A program made the translations under genes and the position numbers. A stretch of 63,060 nucleotides of DNA, filler included, from Octopus bimaculoides (lineage: Eukaryota), in assembly GCF_001194135.2 (NCBI RefSeq). It is 7 parts of 7 records of this genome, joined end to end, with 100 filler letters (N's around TTAATTAATTAA, not from the genome) between each part and the next. Parts side by side here need not be neighbours in the genome. Positions count along the whole stretch, not along the records: positions 8,197 to 17,166 come from NC_068985.1; positions 17,267 to 28,753 come from NW_026425679.1; 5 more parts are not named here. One strand, given 5' to 3'. The notes under the pieces are model-generated. The model was given only the letters and a program-made list of their open reading frames with translations. It had not been told where the DNA came from and did not search any database. Shown one piece after another: positions 13,566 to 26,856 of the stretch (its first letter is position 1; each line of letters begins with the position of its first letter).

Positions 13566-14359
13566 AGGTCGAGATACAATATAAACAAATACATAGTTGC
13601 GTGGTTTCTATGTTAAGGATCTCAGAAGTCTTCGACTCTTTAACCGACTATACCCTCGGAAAGACGTCATGTACATTACAGTGTACAAGACCTTCCTGGA
13701 GATTGGACTTGTGCCTATATTAGAAATACAGGTCTGATTTCAAGTTTTGTTCTTTCAGATCATTGAATATTTAATGATTATTTTGCATTCAAACGGATAT
13801 TTAATATCGCAGCTATTTATTCTTTAATTGATCTTAATCGATCTGAAACAGACAGTTATACATCTCAAATTGAAATTGATAAGGAAAGAACAAGAATTAT
13901 TTTTGACATTCGGAATAATATGTGACAGCAGAAACTGAATAATTTATGAGAGAGGTATATTTGAAAACTGTTTTTGAAGAATTGTTAAATTCTTATAAAA
14001 CGCTATTTTAGACCAGAGCAAACAGGAATTATATATTTATAGAAACACTGCCAAACACTTATGCAATAATATACTCTCCCTTTTCCCCCTCTTTCGCTCA
14101 TACACTCTCGCGCACGCGCGCGCATTGGTCCAGCAGAAGAAACAAGAAAAAATGAACTCAATATATATTCTTTTCTACTCTAGGCACAAGGCCCGAAATT
14201 TTAGGGGAGGGGGAGCCAATTAATTAGATCGACCCCAGTGCGCAACCGGTACTTAATTTATCGACCCCGAAAGAATGAACGCCAAAGTCGACCTTGGCGG
14301 AATTTGAACTCGTGGGCAATTATGGAGTGAATTTTAGGGCTTATAAATTTAATATTTTT

Positions 14360-15235
14360 CTAATCTTCCTTAATACCAGTTTGCTTATGCTACTCATATC
14401 TGCACTAGGTCTGCTTAAGAGGTTATTATGTCCTAGCATATGTGCTGCTTCTTTTAGTTTCAGTATTTTCCAGTGGTGTTCTCTGTCTATTGTTTTAACT
14501 TCATCCCACAGGGGGAGGTGGTCTCAGTTTTTTCAATGCATTATCAGTTATATCCGATTTATCAATATCTCATCACTACTTGTTTGCTCGATATTTTAGG
14601 CACTGAGCAATCCCTCTTTTTACACTGTATGGAGGGTGAGAATTGAAGTTGAGGTATCAAATCAATTCAATTGAGTTAGATCATGTGAACTCAATAAAAC
14701 CATCCTTACAGTTCATAATGGAAAAGGAAAGACAATCAGCAAGCATTAATGGACGTAATAACAACACGCACCAAATATGGTTCCAGGACATCCGTACACG
14801 GCAAGCCAACCTTCACTGGACGATACCTCAACTTCATATAGTGTAAAGAGAGGGATTGCTCGTTGCCCAGAACATCGAGCAAAAAAATATAAGTAGCGAT
14901 TCTGATACACACCACGAAGAAATGATCAAGCTAAGTAACAATCTATTAAGCAACAACTTCCCCCAAAACGTACGATCCACTCCCGTTATGAAGAGAAGAA
15001 CGGATGCAACCCATATACTGACCACAGTCTGCCAACCCTATGTGAAAGGCCTCTCCGAAAAGCTACAAAAGATATGCGGCCCATATGACATCCGGACAGT
15101 ATTCAAGTGTAATACAACACTTCGCAAATATTTCCTGCGAGTAAAACTACTAATAGAAGAGAATATGACCAAAGGCTGCGTTTACTCCACCTCATGCAGC
15201 TGTGGTAGGTCATACAAACATATACGAAGGTACTA
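14360..15235. mobile_element. Penelope-like (Poseidon-type) fragment with internal inversion
   Basis: Plus 14606-15235 reads RT thumb to start of EN (PYVKGLSEKLQKICGPYDIRTVFK..CVYSTSCSCGRSYK). Minus 14605-14360 reads the EN C-terminus (DHLPLWDEVKTIDREHHWKILKLKEAAHMLGHNNLLSRPS). Junction position approximate. Confidence 0.8.
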
Positions 15236-15299
15236 TGAATAAAGTTAGAGTGACCCAAGAATATAGTGACAGTCAGAACTCTCCACTTACATCAAGACA

Positions 15300-15960
15300 A
15301 TATCCCACAATGCATTTGCAGTTCCAATGCTGTTTCCAACGTTTGAGGTACTTTACTCGTCTGTAGAGAATACACTCCATGGGCGTTAAAACACGCAAGT
15401 CACTGATATCAGCTGGAAACCTTCGTATATGTTTTCATCAATGCCTTGGTACTTATAGGATACATTGTGTGGGACGGGAGAGACAGTGAGACCATTGATG
15501 CACTGGTTTTGGCTCTGGGGGACAGACTTTCCTTGTTCAACAATCAAATACGAACATTTCTTCTCGCCAAATCCCATTCCTGTCGGTTGAAAATGTTGTT
15601 ATTATTTCCAGCTTTTTTTGGCGGCGTGGGGTGGATTTGGCAATTGTTAACATTTTTAGCATAAATCTCAAGGTCATGCACAAAGAAATTAAGGGTGACA
15701 TTAATATCTCTAGCAATTGCAGACCCTAAGATGTAGTCATTTGATTTTCGCGACGGGAATGATAATGAACTTAATACCAACACGAACAGAATTACAGAAA
15801 GATCTTTTTCGTTGGAATATTCTCGTTGAAATATTTATAACATTGGAGATGATCGTCCGCTTTCAGCTCTAAGAGTAAGAATTGTTGCCCAGTCTTTTTG
15901 AGTCTCTGAATAACAGCAGTTAAGGTGGCAGGCAATTTTGCCAAATATAGACAATTCAGC
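15300..15960 (-). mobile_element. Highly decayed non-LTR RT fragment (R4/Dong-like)
   Basis: LNFFVHDLEIYAKN resembles the HLFxMDDLKLYAKN RT motif; a QG-like motif lies upstream. Confidence 0.5.
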
Positions 15961-17062
15961 ATGCATGTATGTATGTATGTATGTATGTATGTATGTACAT
16001 TAGAAAGTCTATCTATCCCTTAGTCTCTCTTACTCTTCCCCCCTCTCTCTCTTTATATATATATATATATAATGTTAATTTCCCTCACGCAGACATACCA
16101 CATACTTGTGCGCATATACATATACACATCCATGTGCATAATTATTTGCACACGTAGCTTCGAAGATTAAAGAAGATTAGAAAATACATTAAACCAGAGT
16201 TTTTATTTGTAATTCTGTGTATTAAATTCTTAGTTAATCATTCATTAGAAAAGAGATTTACTTCGGAAGCTTTATAGCAAAGAAGATAGATTTGTTTATT
16301 CTTTTGAAAGATTAGCGAAGGAAAACACAGCAAACAGAATGAAAATAAGATACTATAAAATAATATAAGATTACATAGGCAAATGTTTACTTTTGCATTT
16401 TTATTTCCATTCTGGACTTGATTTAGCAACGCTAGCGTTTTTATTTGTTGCATGCAATCTTTGTGTCAACGCTCACTTTCTCTCGCTAATATACTTCAAA
16501 CTTCAAAATGAAGAAATAGATTTTCTTGCTACGTTCTGAAAGTTATCGGAGTATAAAATAAACGTACATATATATTGTAAAATAGACATAAAATAAGCGA
16601 ACAAAATGAATACAATCTAATCCTTCTATGAATCTTAAGGATTCATAGTGTTTGTAGTGAATCAATCCCTTTTTCCGGAGCATTAAGAATACGACAAGAA
16701 AAAATTCCCACTATCACACACCACATTTCGTCACTGATTGGAAACAGATTCACACACTGACATGCATGAAACACATAAAAATTCCTGTACATATATAAAT
16801 ACTGGCATGCACATGAACAATTATTTAGAGAGGCAAACTTACACTGGAGTTTTGTTGAGACTCATTATTGAGTCCTCTCGTTAGTATATGTGAACGTTAC
16901 TGGTAGTTTCCCGAAACTAACAGACGAATACCATGGACCAAAACTACACACACATACATATACATACATATACATACTCTCACGTTATTTCACATATAAG
17001 CATATGTATATGTATGGGTGCACAGCTTCTTGTTTCAGTCATTAAACTATGGCCTCACAGGG

Positions 17063-17124
<62 letters not shown>

Positions 17125-17789
17125 GAGAATATACAAATAATAACAACAGACGAGGACAGGTGGTGTNNNNNNNNNNNNNNNNNNNNNNNNNNNNNNNNNN
17201 NNNNNNNNNNTTAATTAATTAANNNNNNNNNNNNNNNNNNNNNNNNNNNNNNNNNNNNNNNNNNNNTCTTCAGACAGTGTGCGCAGTTCGCAATTCTGGA
17301 AAAATCGTTACCACGGTGAGTGAATATAAAAATCCATAGTTTCAACAGAATTCAAACTATTCTACTAAATTCACTTCCCATATTTTTAGTTGTAGTTGTT
17401 GTTTTTGGTCTTGTTGATCTTGTTGTAGGTGGCGGAGTTTTGTATTTGAGTGACAGAAGGCGGGGAAGAGTTTAGTGGATTATTGTATTTATTTATATAT
17501 TTGTTATGCTGGATGCTTCTTCGAGCTTCTGCTGTTGTTGTTTTTTTTTTTCATTTTTGTTTGTGTTATTTTATTGTATTGTATTTTTATTCAATTATGT
17601 CGCATATTTTTATATAGATAACACCACGTTATTCCACATGCGCACACAGTCAGACACATAATCACAGAAATATGCCTGTGTGTGTGTAAATAACATATAT
17701 CTATGAACGCACATATACATACACACATACATATACGTATACATATATATAGATATATAAATTCAAAAAGGGATAAAACTCTTTTACAA

Positions 17790-17910
17790 GAATTTTATCA
17801 AGAAGCCAGTGGCTATAGTAGAAGACACTTGCCCAAGGTGCCACGCAGTGGGACTGAACCGGGAACCATGGAGTTCGTAAGCAAGCTACTTACCACACAG
17901 CCACTCCTAC
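17790..17910 (-). mobile_element. tRNA-head SINE (representative of many copies)
   Basis: Minus strand GTAGGAGTGGCTGTGTGGTAAGTAGCTTGCT...GGTTCAGTCCCACTGCGTGGCACCTTGGGCAAGTGTCTTCTACTATAGCC has A/B-box-like motifs. Related copies near 22090-22400, 28400-28700, 50290-50420 and 51830-51990. Confidence 0.8.
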
Positions 17911-18099
17911 GCCTAGAAGATCTAGAATCTGTTCACTAATTTTCCAGTAGCAGAAATAATCAAAATTATGGCAGATTTTATATACACACATCCCAAAATT
18001 GCACCATCCATGAAACCAGTAAAACTGTAACAAAAAGACCCCCTTCGGTCATGAACGATCATTGGAGTGCACCTAGAATGTTACCTTCCGGGAAAGGTT

Positions 18100-19100
18100 G
18101 TTTGTGGTATAAACAATAAAAAAGAAGGATTAGCTATGGGCACTCCATAAGGACCCGTATTTACCAGATACTGCTTAGCTACAGTCGAAAACATAATACC
18201 TAAAAATAACATTATTAGATACGTAGATGATATGCTAGTTATAATGGATGCATCAAAAGACATTGAGAAATTCAAACAGGACCTAGAAAATAACTCGCTA
18301 CTAAAATTTAAATTCGAAAACAATTCTAATACGATTCCATTTCTAGACATAAACATACAGATTAAAAACAACAAATCCATTATGTCAGTTTATTCAGACA
18401 CAAACAAATGCATATGCCTGCATGGAGATAGCAAATGCTCCATAACTACGAAATGTCAGTAGTAAAATCGCTACTTAAGAGAGCATTAGAGGCTATTCTA
18501 AATGAAACACAAGATCAAGAAATCCACGGAATAAAGAAAATACTATTCAACAATGGGTATTTAAACAGATTAGAGACCTGAGCCAATAATGAATTAGAGA
18601 GAGGCAATGAAAGAAATGCTTTACACAGACACTGTAAAACAAAATACACTTATTGCATGCAAAATGTATTATATAAACCAAATGTATATAGCATGTAGAG
18701 AACAGATGAGTACATAAACAAAAGTCTCATAAAATGAAACACAAAATTTGTCACACCAAGTCAAGACCTGACCCTGTATTATTATATAGACAAGATCAAA
18801 ATCCTGAAAACATAAACTGCAGAATGGTTAACGTCATTTGTAAATTTGACCGTAAAAGTGAAAGTAGTACTACTTTCATTTTCACATTAGCCAGACAATT
18901 TACAGCATTCTCTGATAAGCTTACCACGCTTTTAAAACAAGGAACAATTGCAACGCGCTACTTTAAACAGCATAAAATAATACTGGATAGGAAAACATTG
19001 ATATAAAATACTTGCATAGTTTGTAGAATAACCCACACAGACAACTGATTGTCAAAAGCAACACTAAACTCGCAAAACAAAGCTACAATTAACATAAAAC
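18100..19100 (+). mobile_element. Degenerate Penelope-like element (RT C-half + EN relic)
   Basis: GLAMGTP...IIRYVDDMLV...FKFENNSNTIPFLDINI, followed by NVICKF...LKQGTI...RKTLI*NT (EN-like). Confidence 0.8.
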
Positions 19101-19821
19101 AAAGACACACTTCACAAATACAAATCCGATGGCGTATAATTCTAGGGCTCCGGCAGTAAAATACTGACGGGGATGTCTGAATGAACATAAGCTATCTGCT
19201 ATAAAATGGGCAAAAGAACAAATAGCCTAGAAACGGTAATAATGATGAATTTGGATGCGTATCGTTCCAAACATAAATACTAGTACTTAATACGCAGATA
19301 CAAATAAACGTTATCTGTCAATCTATCTACCTATCTATATCTATCGTTCTAGCTATTCGTATTGTTCTGTCAGTGTCAGTTCGTCCTGTGCTTTCGAGTA
19401 CATCGGGCAGCACGCAAGTCGATTCCACTAGCGTCTATTGGCTGAAAATTTCTCTACATGCGGCCATGCGATATTATACCTTCTCATGTCGGTTATGAAT
19501 TAAGTGCTAGGCTTACGAAGAATAAGTCCTGGGGTTGATTTTTTCGATAAAGGCAATGCTCCAGCATGGCCGCAATCAAATGACTGAAACAAGTAACTAT
19601 CTGTCTGTCTGTCTGTCTGCCTATCTATATTCATATGTCTGTTTGTATTCATTTTTCTGCATCTCACTCTCTCTTTCTTTCTCTCCTCTCTGTATACATT
19701 ATATGTATGTGTGTATATATGTATGTATGTATGTATATTCTAATCTGTTTATCTATATCTATGTGCATAGTTTCCTATTTTTCTATACTTATCTATATTT
19801 GTTTCTATTCCCCCCTCTCTC

Positions 19822-19862
<41 letters not shown>

Positions 19863-20369
19863 ATCTCTCTCTCTTTCTTTATCTCTCTCACTCAAATGTA
19901 GATAGATAGATAGACAGATAGATAGATAGGTAGATAGATTGATAGATAGAGACTGAGAGACAGAGATAAACAAATTTAACAAGTGAACTCAAGCACATGC
20001 AAAACACNNNNNNNNNNNNNNNNNNNNNNNNNNNNNNNNNNNNNNNNNNNNNNNNNNNNNNNNNNNNNNNNNNNNNNNNNNNNNNNNNNNNNNNNNNNNN
20101 NNNNNNNNNNNNNNNNNNNNNNNNNNNNNNNNNNNNNNNNNNNNNNNNNNNNNNNNNNNNNNNNNNNNNNNNNNNNNNNNNNNNNNNNNNNNNNNNNNNC
20201 TTGAAGTAGAATTAACACCATTCTGCAATCCTGCGATGACAAGACTTTAAAACCGCTCCATCAATATTAAATTTCAACAAAGAATTTGAAGTTTTGGTAA
20301 TGTAAATATGTGTGAATTTGCATATATAAACTTTTATGTCCGTAATTGTGTGCGTGCATGCGTGTGTGC

Positions 20370-20410
<41 letters not shown>

Positions 20411-20658
20411 ACAGAGTTTTTATCTCTGTGTGTTCGTGTAGTATGTGCGCATATATGTACGTCTTTGTTAATGTAACTATGAACTTGTACGTCTGTATGT
20501 GAGTGTGTGGGTATTTGGGTGTGTGTGTGTGTGTGTGTGTGTGCGTGAGAATGTATATATCTGTTTCTTTGGTTTGTAAGTGACTTTGCACATGTTAATG
20601 TGTATGTGCGTGTGCCTTTATAAGTATGTGTGTATAGATAGATACCTGTATAAATATG

Positions 20659-20693
<35 letters not shown>

Positions 20694-20917
20694 CATAATT
20701 CGGCGAGCTGGCAGAATCGTTAAGGACACTGACCAAAATGCTAAGCAGTATTTCGTCTGTCTTTACGTTCTGAGTTCAAATTCTGTCGAAGCCGACATTT
20801 ATATTGGTTTTATATGTTAATATATATGCTTGTATGTATGTATATATATATTTTTTTTTATTCTTCTGCTGTTTCAGTCATTTGACTGCGGCCATGCTGG
20901 AATATCCAAATCTATCC

Positions 20918-20963
<46 letters not shown>

Positions 20964-21099
20964 TAAACTTGCATGTAAGTGCGTTCATTCATGTGAAAGT
21001 AAAACAGGTCTAAACATCATCGAAGCATCGATTTCATTCATGTAGCCTTGTTGGCCGACAGAAGACATCAGCGGTTGTAGAAACAAATACAATAACAAT

Positions 21100-22010
21100 G
21101 TTACTTGCATTCGTTAAATAATTAGGAGCACTTTGGCGACAGCTGTTATTCTTCATGCATCATGAAAATTTGTTTTAACTTTTGGACAATTTATTTTGTC
21201 TTCTGTTGACTGTTCGAAATAAGTTCCTTTCCTTCCTTCTGTTTTGTATAGTCACGCAGGTAATTTCTTCCTTATATCTTGACCCCCTCAAATATATTTT
21301 AGAATTGCTGCGATTTTCTGTAAAATAATGGACCATAGAGCTGGTGCAGCAAACTTTTGATGGAGAGCTGTGTATGCCTTATATAACTCTAAGATTGTAT
21401 CACTCATGAAGACTTCTGAAGAGTATTCAATGCCTTTTTCTTATGTATTTGCCTTTTGGCAGGAAAGAATTTGTATTTCGACAATTGCATTTCAACTTCT
21501 TTCTTCATCGTTTATTCGCAATATTTTTGCATCGTGACTCTTAATGGTACTTGTCATGTTTTGCTTGCAGCTGTATCTCACCTTTACGTTGTTTTTATTG
21601 AACATCTGGTAAAGTTTATTGCTGTTCGGAAAATATTTTCTAATCAGGAAGTGGTAATATTTTGCAACACTTGTTTTTTCACATCAATGTCATACGGTGT
21701 GTAATGTGATACAACCTTTGACCAGGTATTTTTAATGTGGGTGTTAGTTTTTTTGAAGGATAGTTAAGACTTTATTAATATCAACTACGCGTTAATGATC
21801 CTTTGAAATTATTTTGAAAAGGTTTTAACTGTTGATTCATCAAAGGGTAGTACTTATTTTCGTATTGATATCTAAGGGGCACAGGAATCATAGCGCTCTA
21901 TGGATTCATGTGGTTAGAACGTACAAGTGCGTGAGATAAATTGTAAGGTTTCTCAAAGGGTTCGATTGATAACGAGTTTAAATGTGATATCAAGGAACAT
22001 TTCATTGTTA
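21100..22010 (-). mobile_element. Old Penelope-like fragment (RT thumb/linker/EN)
   Basis: Manual translation gives FLDITFKL and KYFPNSNKLYQMFNKNNVKVRYSCKQNMTSTIKSHDAKIL, matching the PLE HKIFNxNxVKxSYSC motif. Confidence 0.65.
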
Positions 22011-23464
22011 TAAGGTGCGCTTCGGCTTTCAACTTTAGCACAAGTGTTTTGATTGCTGTGGTTATTACTGTGGTTTTCAGCTCAGAACTCCCTCACCATT
22101 CCGCTCTTGTCAAGAAGGTTGCTTCCCAAATACATGGGTTCAGACCCACTGCGTGCCACCTTGAGCAAGTCTTTTCTAATATTGCCTTGGGCCGACTAAA
22201 GCTTTGTGAGCGCATTTGTTAGACGGAAACTGAAAGAAGCTCGTCGTATATATATATTTGTGTGTGTATGTGTGTCTTTGTGTTTGTCCTCCATCATCGC
22301 TTGACAACCAAGGTTGACGCGTTTATGTACCTGAAATTTACAAGTTCGGCAAAAGAGACTGATAGAATAAGTACCAGGCTTTGAAAAATATAAGTACCGG
22401 GGTTGACACGACGAGCCACCGTGTATGGAACTCATAACCTTACGACCCTGAGACGAATACCCTTACACTAAGCCACGCGCCTTCGTACAACTTATGTCGC
22501 ACATATGAAAAACAAATACTATACAACAGAATGTACACAATTCATATTGCAGATATGAAACACAACCACCACACAACAGAACGCCCACAATTCACGAAGC
22601 ACAGAAGAGATGTGACATTTAAATAATGTTGAGAAGAAACAAACAAACCACACAACGATTTGAGACAGATGTAATTACACAAATAATCTTACAGTCACAA
22701 AAGACAAAACTGCTGCACGTACACAAACACACACACACACACACAAAGACACAAAAACACAGACACACTCACTCACACACACGCGGACACAGACACAAAA
22801 ACAGAGACACACGAAGGCACATACATACGCAAACACTTGCACACACAGATGCAGCGTAAGAAAACGGAAGTGCACGTGGTAGGCCACGAAAATGCTAGAA
22901 ATATCACGAGGTGAGTGATAATGCTGATGACGATGATAGGGAAGAAAAGAAGGAGGCGGAGGGGGAGTAGGGTGGCGGAGGGGGAGTAGGGTGGCAGAGG
23001 GGGGTGATGGTGGTGATGATGATGATGATGATGGTGGTGGTAGTGTAGCTGATGATGATGATGATGATATGTGGTGGTGATGGCTGTGGTGATAGTGATG
23101 ATGATGACGATAATGGTGGTGGTGGCGGCGATGGCCATGGTGCTGGTGGCCATGGTGGTGGTCGTGGTTGTGGTGCTGCTGCTGCTGGTGTTGGTGAAGA
23201 TGATTCTAGCGGTGTTCATGATAGTGGTTATGATGACAGAGAGGATGATGACGACGACGAGGAGGAGGGGGCGGAGGAGGATGTTTAGCTTGATAGCCCA
23301 GTGAAAAATAACCATTATTCAGCAGCCACGAAAATATATAAAAGTTGTATATAAAAATAGAATGAGAGAAAACAAACACTGGCCTTTAACATCTACTTAA
23401 TAAAGAAATCTATGTATATATGTGTGCATGTATATATAAACATACATCTATGTATACCTGTATG

Positions 23465-23511
<47 letters not shown>

Positions 23512-23941
23512 NNNNNNNNNNNNNNNNNNNNNNNNNNNNNNNNNNNNNNNNNNNNNNNNNNNNNNNNNNNNNNNNNNNNNNNNNNNNNNNNNNNNNNNNN
23601 NNNNNNNNNNNNNNNNNNNNNNNNNNNNNNNNNNNNNNNNNNNNNNNNNNNNNNNNNNNNNNNNNNNNNNNNNNNNNNNNNNNNNNNNNNNNNNNNNNNN
23701 NNNNNNNNNNNNNNNNNNNNNNNNNNNNNNNNNNNNNNNNNNNNNNNNNNNNNNNNNNNNNNNNNNNNNNNNNNNNNNNNNNNNNNNNNNNNNNNNNNNN
23801 NNNNNNNNNNNNNNNNNNNNNNNNNNNNNNNNNNNNNNNNNNNNNNNNNNNNNNNNNNNNNNNNNNNNNNNNNNNNNNNNNNNNNNNNNNNNNNNNNNNN
23901 NNNNNNNNNNNNNNNNNNNNNNNNNNNNNNNNNNNNNNNNN

Positions 23942-23997
<56 letters not shown>

Positions 23998-25466
23998 ATA
24001 TATATATATATGTGTGAGCGTATATACATACATACACATATATATATACATGTATACATATATATATATATGTCTGTGAATATATGTGTGAGCGTATATA
24101 CATATATATATATATATATACATACACATACATATAATGTCTGATTACATTGTCTTTCTGCTATTTCCTATCATTCACTACAATAACACAACCCGCACCG
24201 TAGACTCCCTGAACGACGAACACGCCGTACACATGTTCTAACAAAATCGACACTCGATATTTATCATAACAGCAAATCCCTCTCCCCTCCCCCCCGCCAT
24301 CTCCGACAATCCAATGATAGAACGCAACTTAGGTACTTCAATGCTGGAAAGATCATTTCAAAGAACATCTTAACACAAAATTCTCACACAACCCGGAAGC
24401 AATATCAGAAATTCCGGACGCAAATACTCATGGGGAAATAACAGAAGAATAGAGAAAGCAATAAATATAAGGCAATTCGCATATTCCCCCTGCTATAGAT
24501 ACCGGCAGTATTGAGGTACTAAATATAAGAGGTTACATGTTATACATAATATCCAACATTATATGATATCTTTCGTAGTTATACTTAATACGTTCGGACG
24601 GATTCGAACGTGTATATGCTTGACAATTGATGTTGCCGTTCTTACATTCCCGTAGTTAGAAGTTCGGCAAAAGGGACCAAGAAAATACGTAGCAGGCTTT
24701 GAAAAAGTACTGCGGTCGATTCGTTGTATTAATATTCTTCAAGGCTGTGCCTTAACATGGCCGCAGTCTAATGACTGAAACAAGTAAAAGATAAAAGAGA
24801 TGTGTCGTGCGCGCGCACGTTTGTGTTGTGCAAAGTTTGACAATCTATTCAGAGTAGATGCTGGTCTGAGGATCCAGCTTTTCTATCACATAGCAGAAAG
24901 AAACAACTTTGTACCAATTTTATTTTTCTCCGCAAGATTTTGATTTCCACGTCTTCGTAGATGTTTTCTGCAATTTGAAAACATTAAGCTCTTATATCCA
25001 TCATCAACGTTTCTAGACCGTCAAGATGAAGTGACATTGTCATGGGTTGTCCCTTTATTGTAGCTAAGGCCAAGAGATGTACGTATAGCCGCCAATATTT
25101 CAATTTTATATCCATCATCAACGTTTCTAGACCGTNNNNNNNNNNNNNNNNNNNNNNNNNNNNNNNNNNNNNNNNNNNNNNNNNNNNNNNNNNNNNNNNN
25201 NNNNNNNNNNNNNNNNNNNNNNNNNNNNNNNNNNNNNNNNNNNNNNNNNNNNNNNNNNNNNNNNNNNNNNNNNNNNNNNNNNNNNNNNNNNNNNNNNNNN
25301 NNNNNNNNNNNNNNNNNNNNNNNNNNNNNNNNNNNNNNNNNNNNNNNNNNNNNNNNNNNNNNNNNNNNNNNNNNNNNNNNNNNNNNNNNNNNNNNNGGTT
25401 GTCCCTTTATTGTAGCTAAGGCCAAGAGATGTACGTATAGCCGCCAATATTTCAATTTTATATCCA

Positions 25467-25509
25467 TCATCAACGTTTCTAGACCGTCACAGCCCCATCT
25501 TCAGGATGA
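25467..25509 (-). ncRNA. Minimal type I hammerhead ribozyme (array unit)
   Basis: UCAUC-CUGAAGA-UGGGGCUG uga CGGUCUA-GAAA-CG-UU/GAUGA. Helix I is 5 perfect bp, helix III is the loopless palindrome ACGU, and the triplet is GUU. Confidence 0.8.
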
Positions 25510-25594
25510 AGTGACATTGTCATGGGTTGTCCCTTTACTGTAGCTAAGGCCAAGAGATGTACGTATAGCCGCCAATATTTCAATTTTATATCCA

Positions 25595-25637
25595 TCATCA
25601 ACGTTTCTAGACCGGCACAGCCCCATCTTCAGGATGA
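25595..25637 (-). ncRNA. Minimal type I hammerhead ribozyme (adjacent array unit)
   Basis: Same fold 128 bp away, with one change in the helix II loop. Confidence 0.8.
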
Positions 25638-25789
25638 AGTGACATTGTCATGTGTTGTCCCTTTATTGTAGCTAAGGCCAAGAGATAGTATAGCCGCCAA
25701 TATTTCAATTTTGTCCGCTAGCTTTATGCGTCATCAATTTAAATATTTCGATTTTTCTTTCCGATTCCAATGCGTGTTGTTTGTATTTT

Positions 25790-26070
25790 TAATTTTAGCA
25801 TCGCATAGTGTTGTAAGCATTACTTTTAAACATCAGCTTTTGTGGAGGGAACTTCTTGAGAAAAATAAATGTGTTTTCTTCCAGTAATGCTTTCCTATTT
25901 ACTAGTGTTATGCAATGTGTGGTTGGTTGTTTGGTTGGTTGACGTTGCTTCTTGTAAGTGCATGGTGAACCGCCGGGGATGTGTTGTACTTGTATGGCCA
26001 ATATAACTGTTGAATTCGTGACATTTATAGCTTTCACCTATGCAATCGAACTTATAAATTACATTGAGAA
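25790..26070 (-). mobile_element. Penelope GIY-YIG endonuclease 3' fragment directly upstream of the HHR array
   Basis: ORF 25895-26194: NVIYKFDC...SYIGHTSTTHPRRFTMHLQE, then RKALLEENTFI...KL. The array starts about 80 bp after this fragment on the same strand. Confidence 0.82.
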
Positions 26071-26548
26071 CGCGCGCGCACACACACCGACACACACACA
26101 TATACACACACATGCACAGACACACACAAACACATACACACACACTCACAAATGTGTTGGGGGAGGGGGTGTTCACGTTCAGCACGTGAACCAAATGTCA
26201 TGCTTTTCCATTTATTTTTCCTTCATTTTTACATTTATTTAATCAATTTTTCTTTCCTACATTCGTTCTTTTTATATTTCTCTCGCTCACTTTCTCTCCT
26301 ACCAACGTCCTCACACCATCTCTCTCGTTCTCCATCTCTCAGTGACTCACTTCACCAGTTGCTGTTTTACTCTATTTTCGTTTACCTTCCTTATCATTTT
26401 CCTTCTCTCTCTTTCTCACACACACACTCTCTCTCTCACACACTCTCTCTCTCACACACTCTCTCTCTCACACTCTCTCTCACACACACACACACTCTCA
26501 CCCCCCCTCTCTCACACACACTCTCTCTCTCTCACACACACACACACA

Positions 26549-26580
<32 letters not shown>

Positions 26581-26600
26581 CTNNNNNNNNNNCACACACA

Positions 26601-26658
<58 letters not shown>

Positions 26659-26824
26659 CTCTCTCACTCTCTCTCACACACTCTGTCTCTCTCCTTGCCT
26701 CTCCCTACATACATAGACAGATACATAATCACACACAGAGATACGCACCCCCACACACGCACACACACATCTACAGAGAGAGAGAGAGATTTATTGTTGT
26801 GTATATATATATAGAAAGGGACAG

Positions 26825-26856
<32 letters not shown>

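Larger units (their letters stand above)
24996..25712 (-). repeat. 128-bp tandem array of hammerhead-containing units (about 5-6 copies, gap inside)
   Basis: CCGCCAATAT recurs at 25441 and 25569 (period 128). Units are nearly identical; the leftmost unit has a deletion through the core. Confidence 0.92.

Noticed and set aside
22773-23315. His/Gly/Asp-rich ORFs as the ZIP His-rich loop
   Set aside because: Compound trinucleotide repeats, with no splice sites or ZIP motifs seen.
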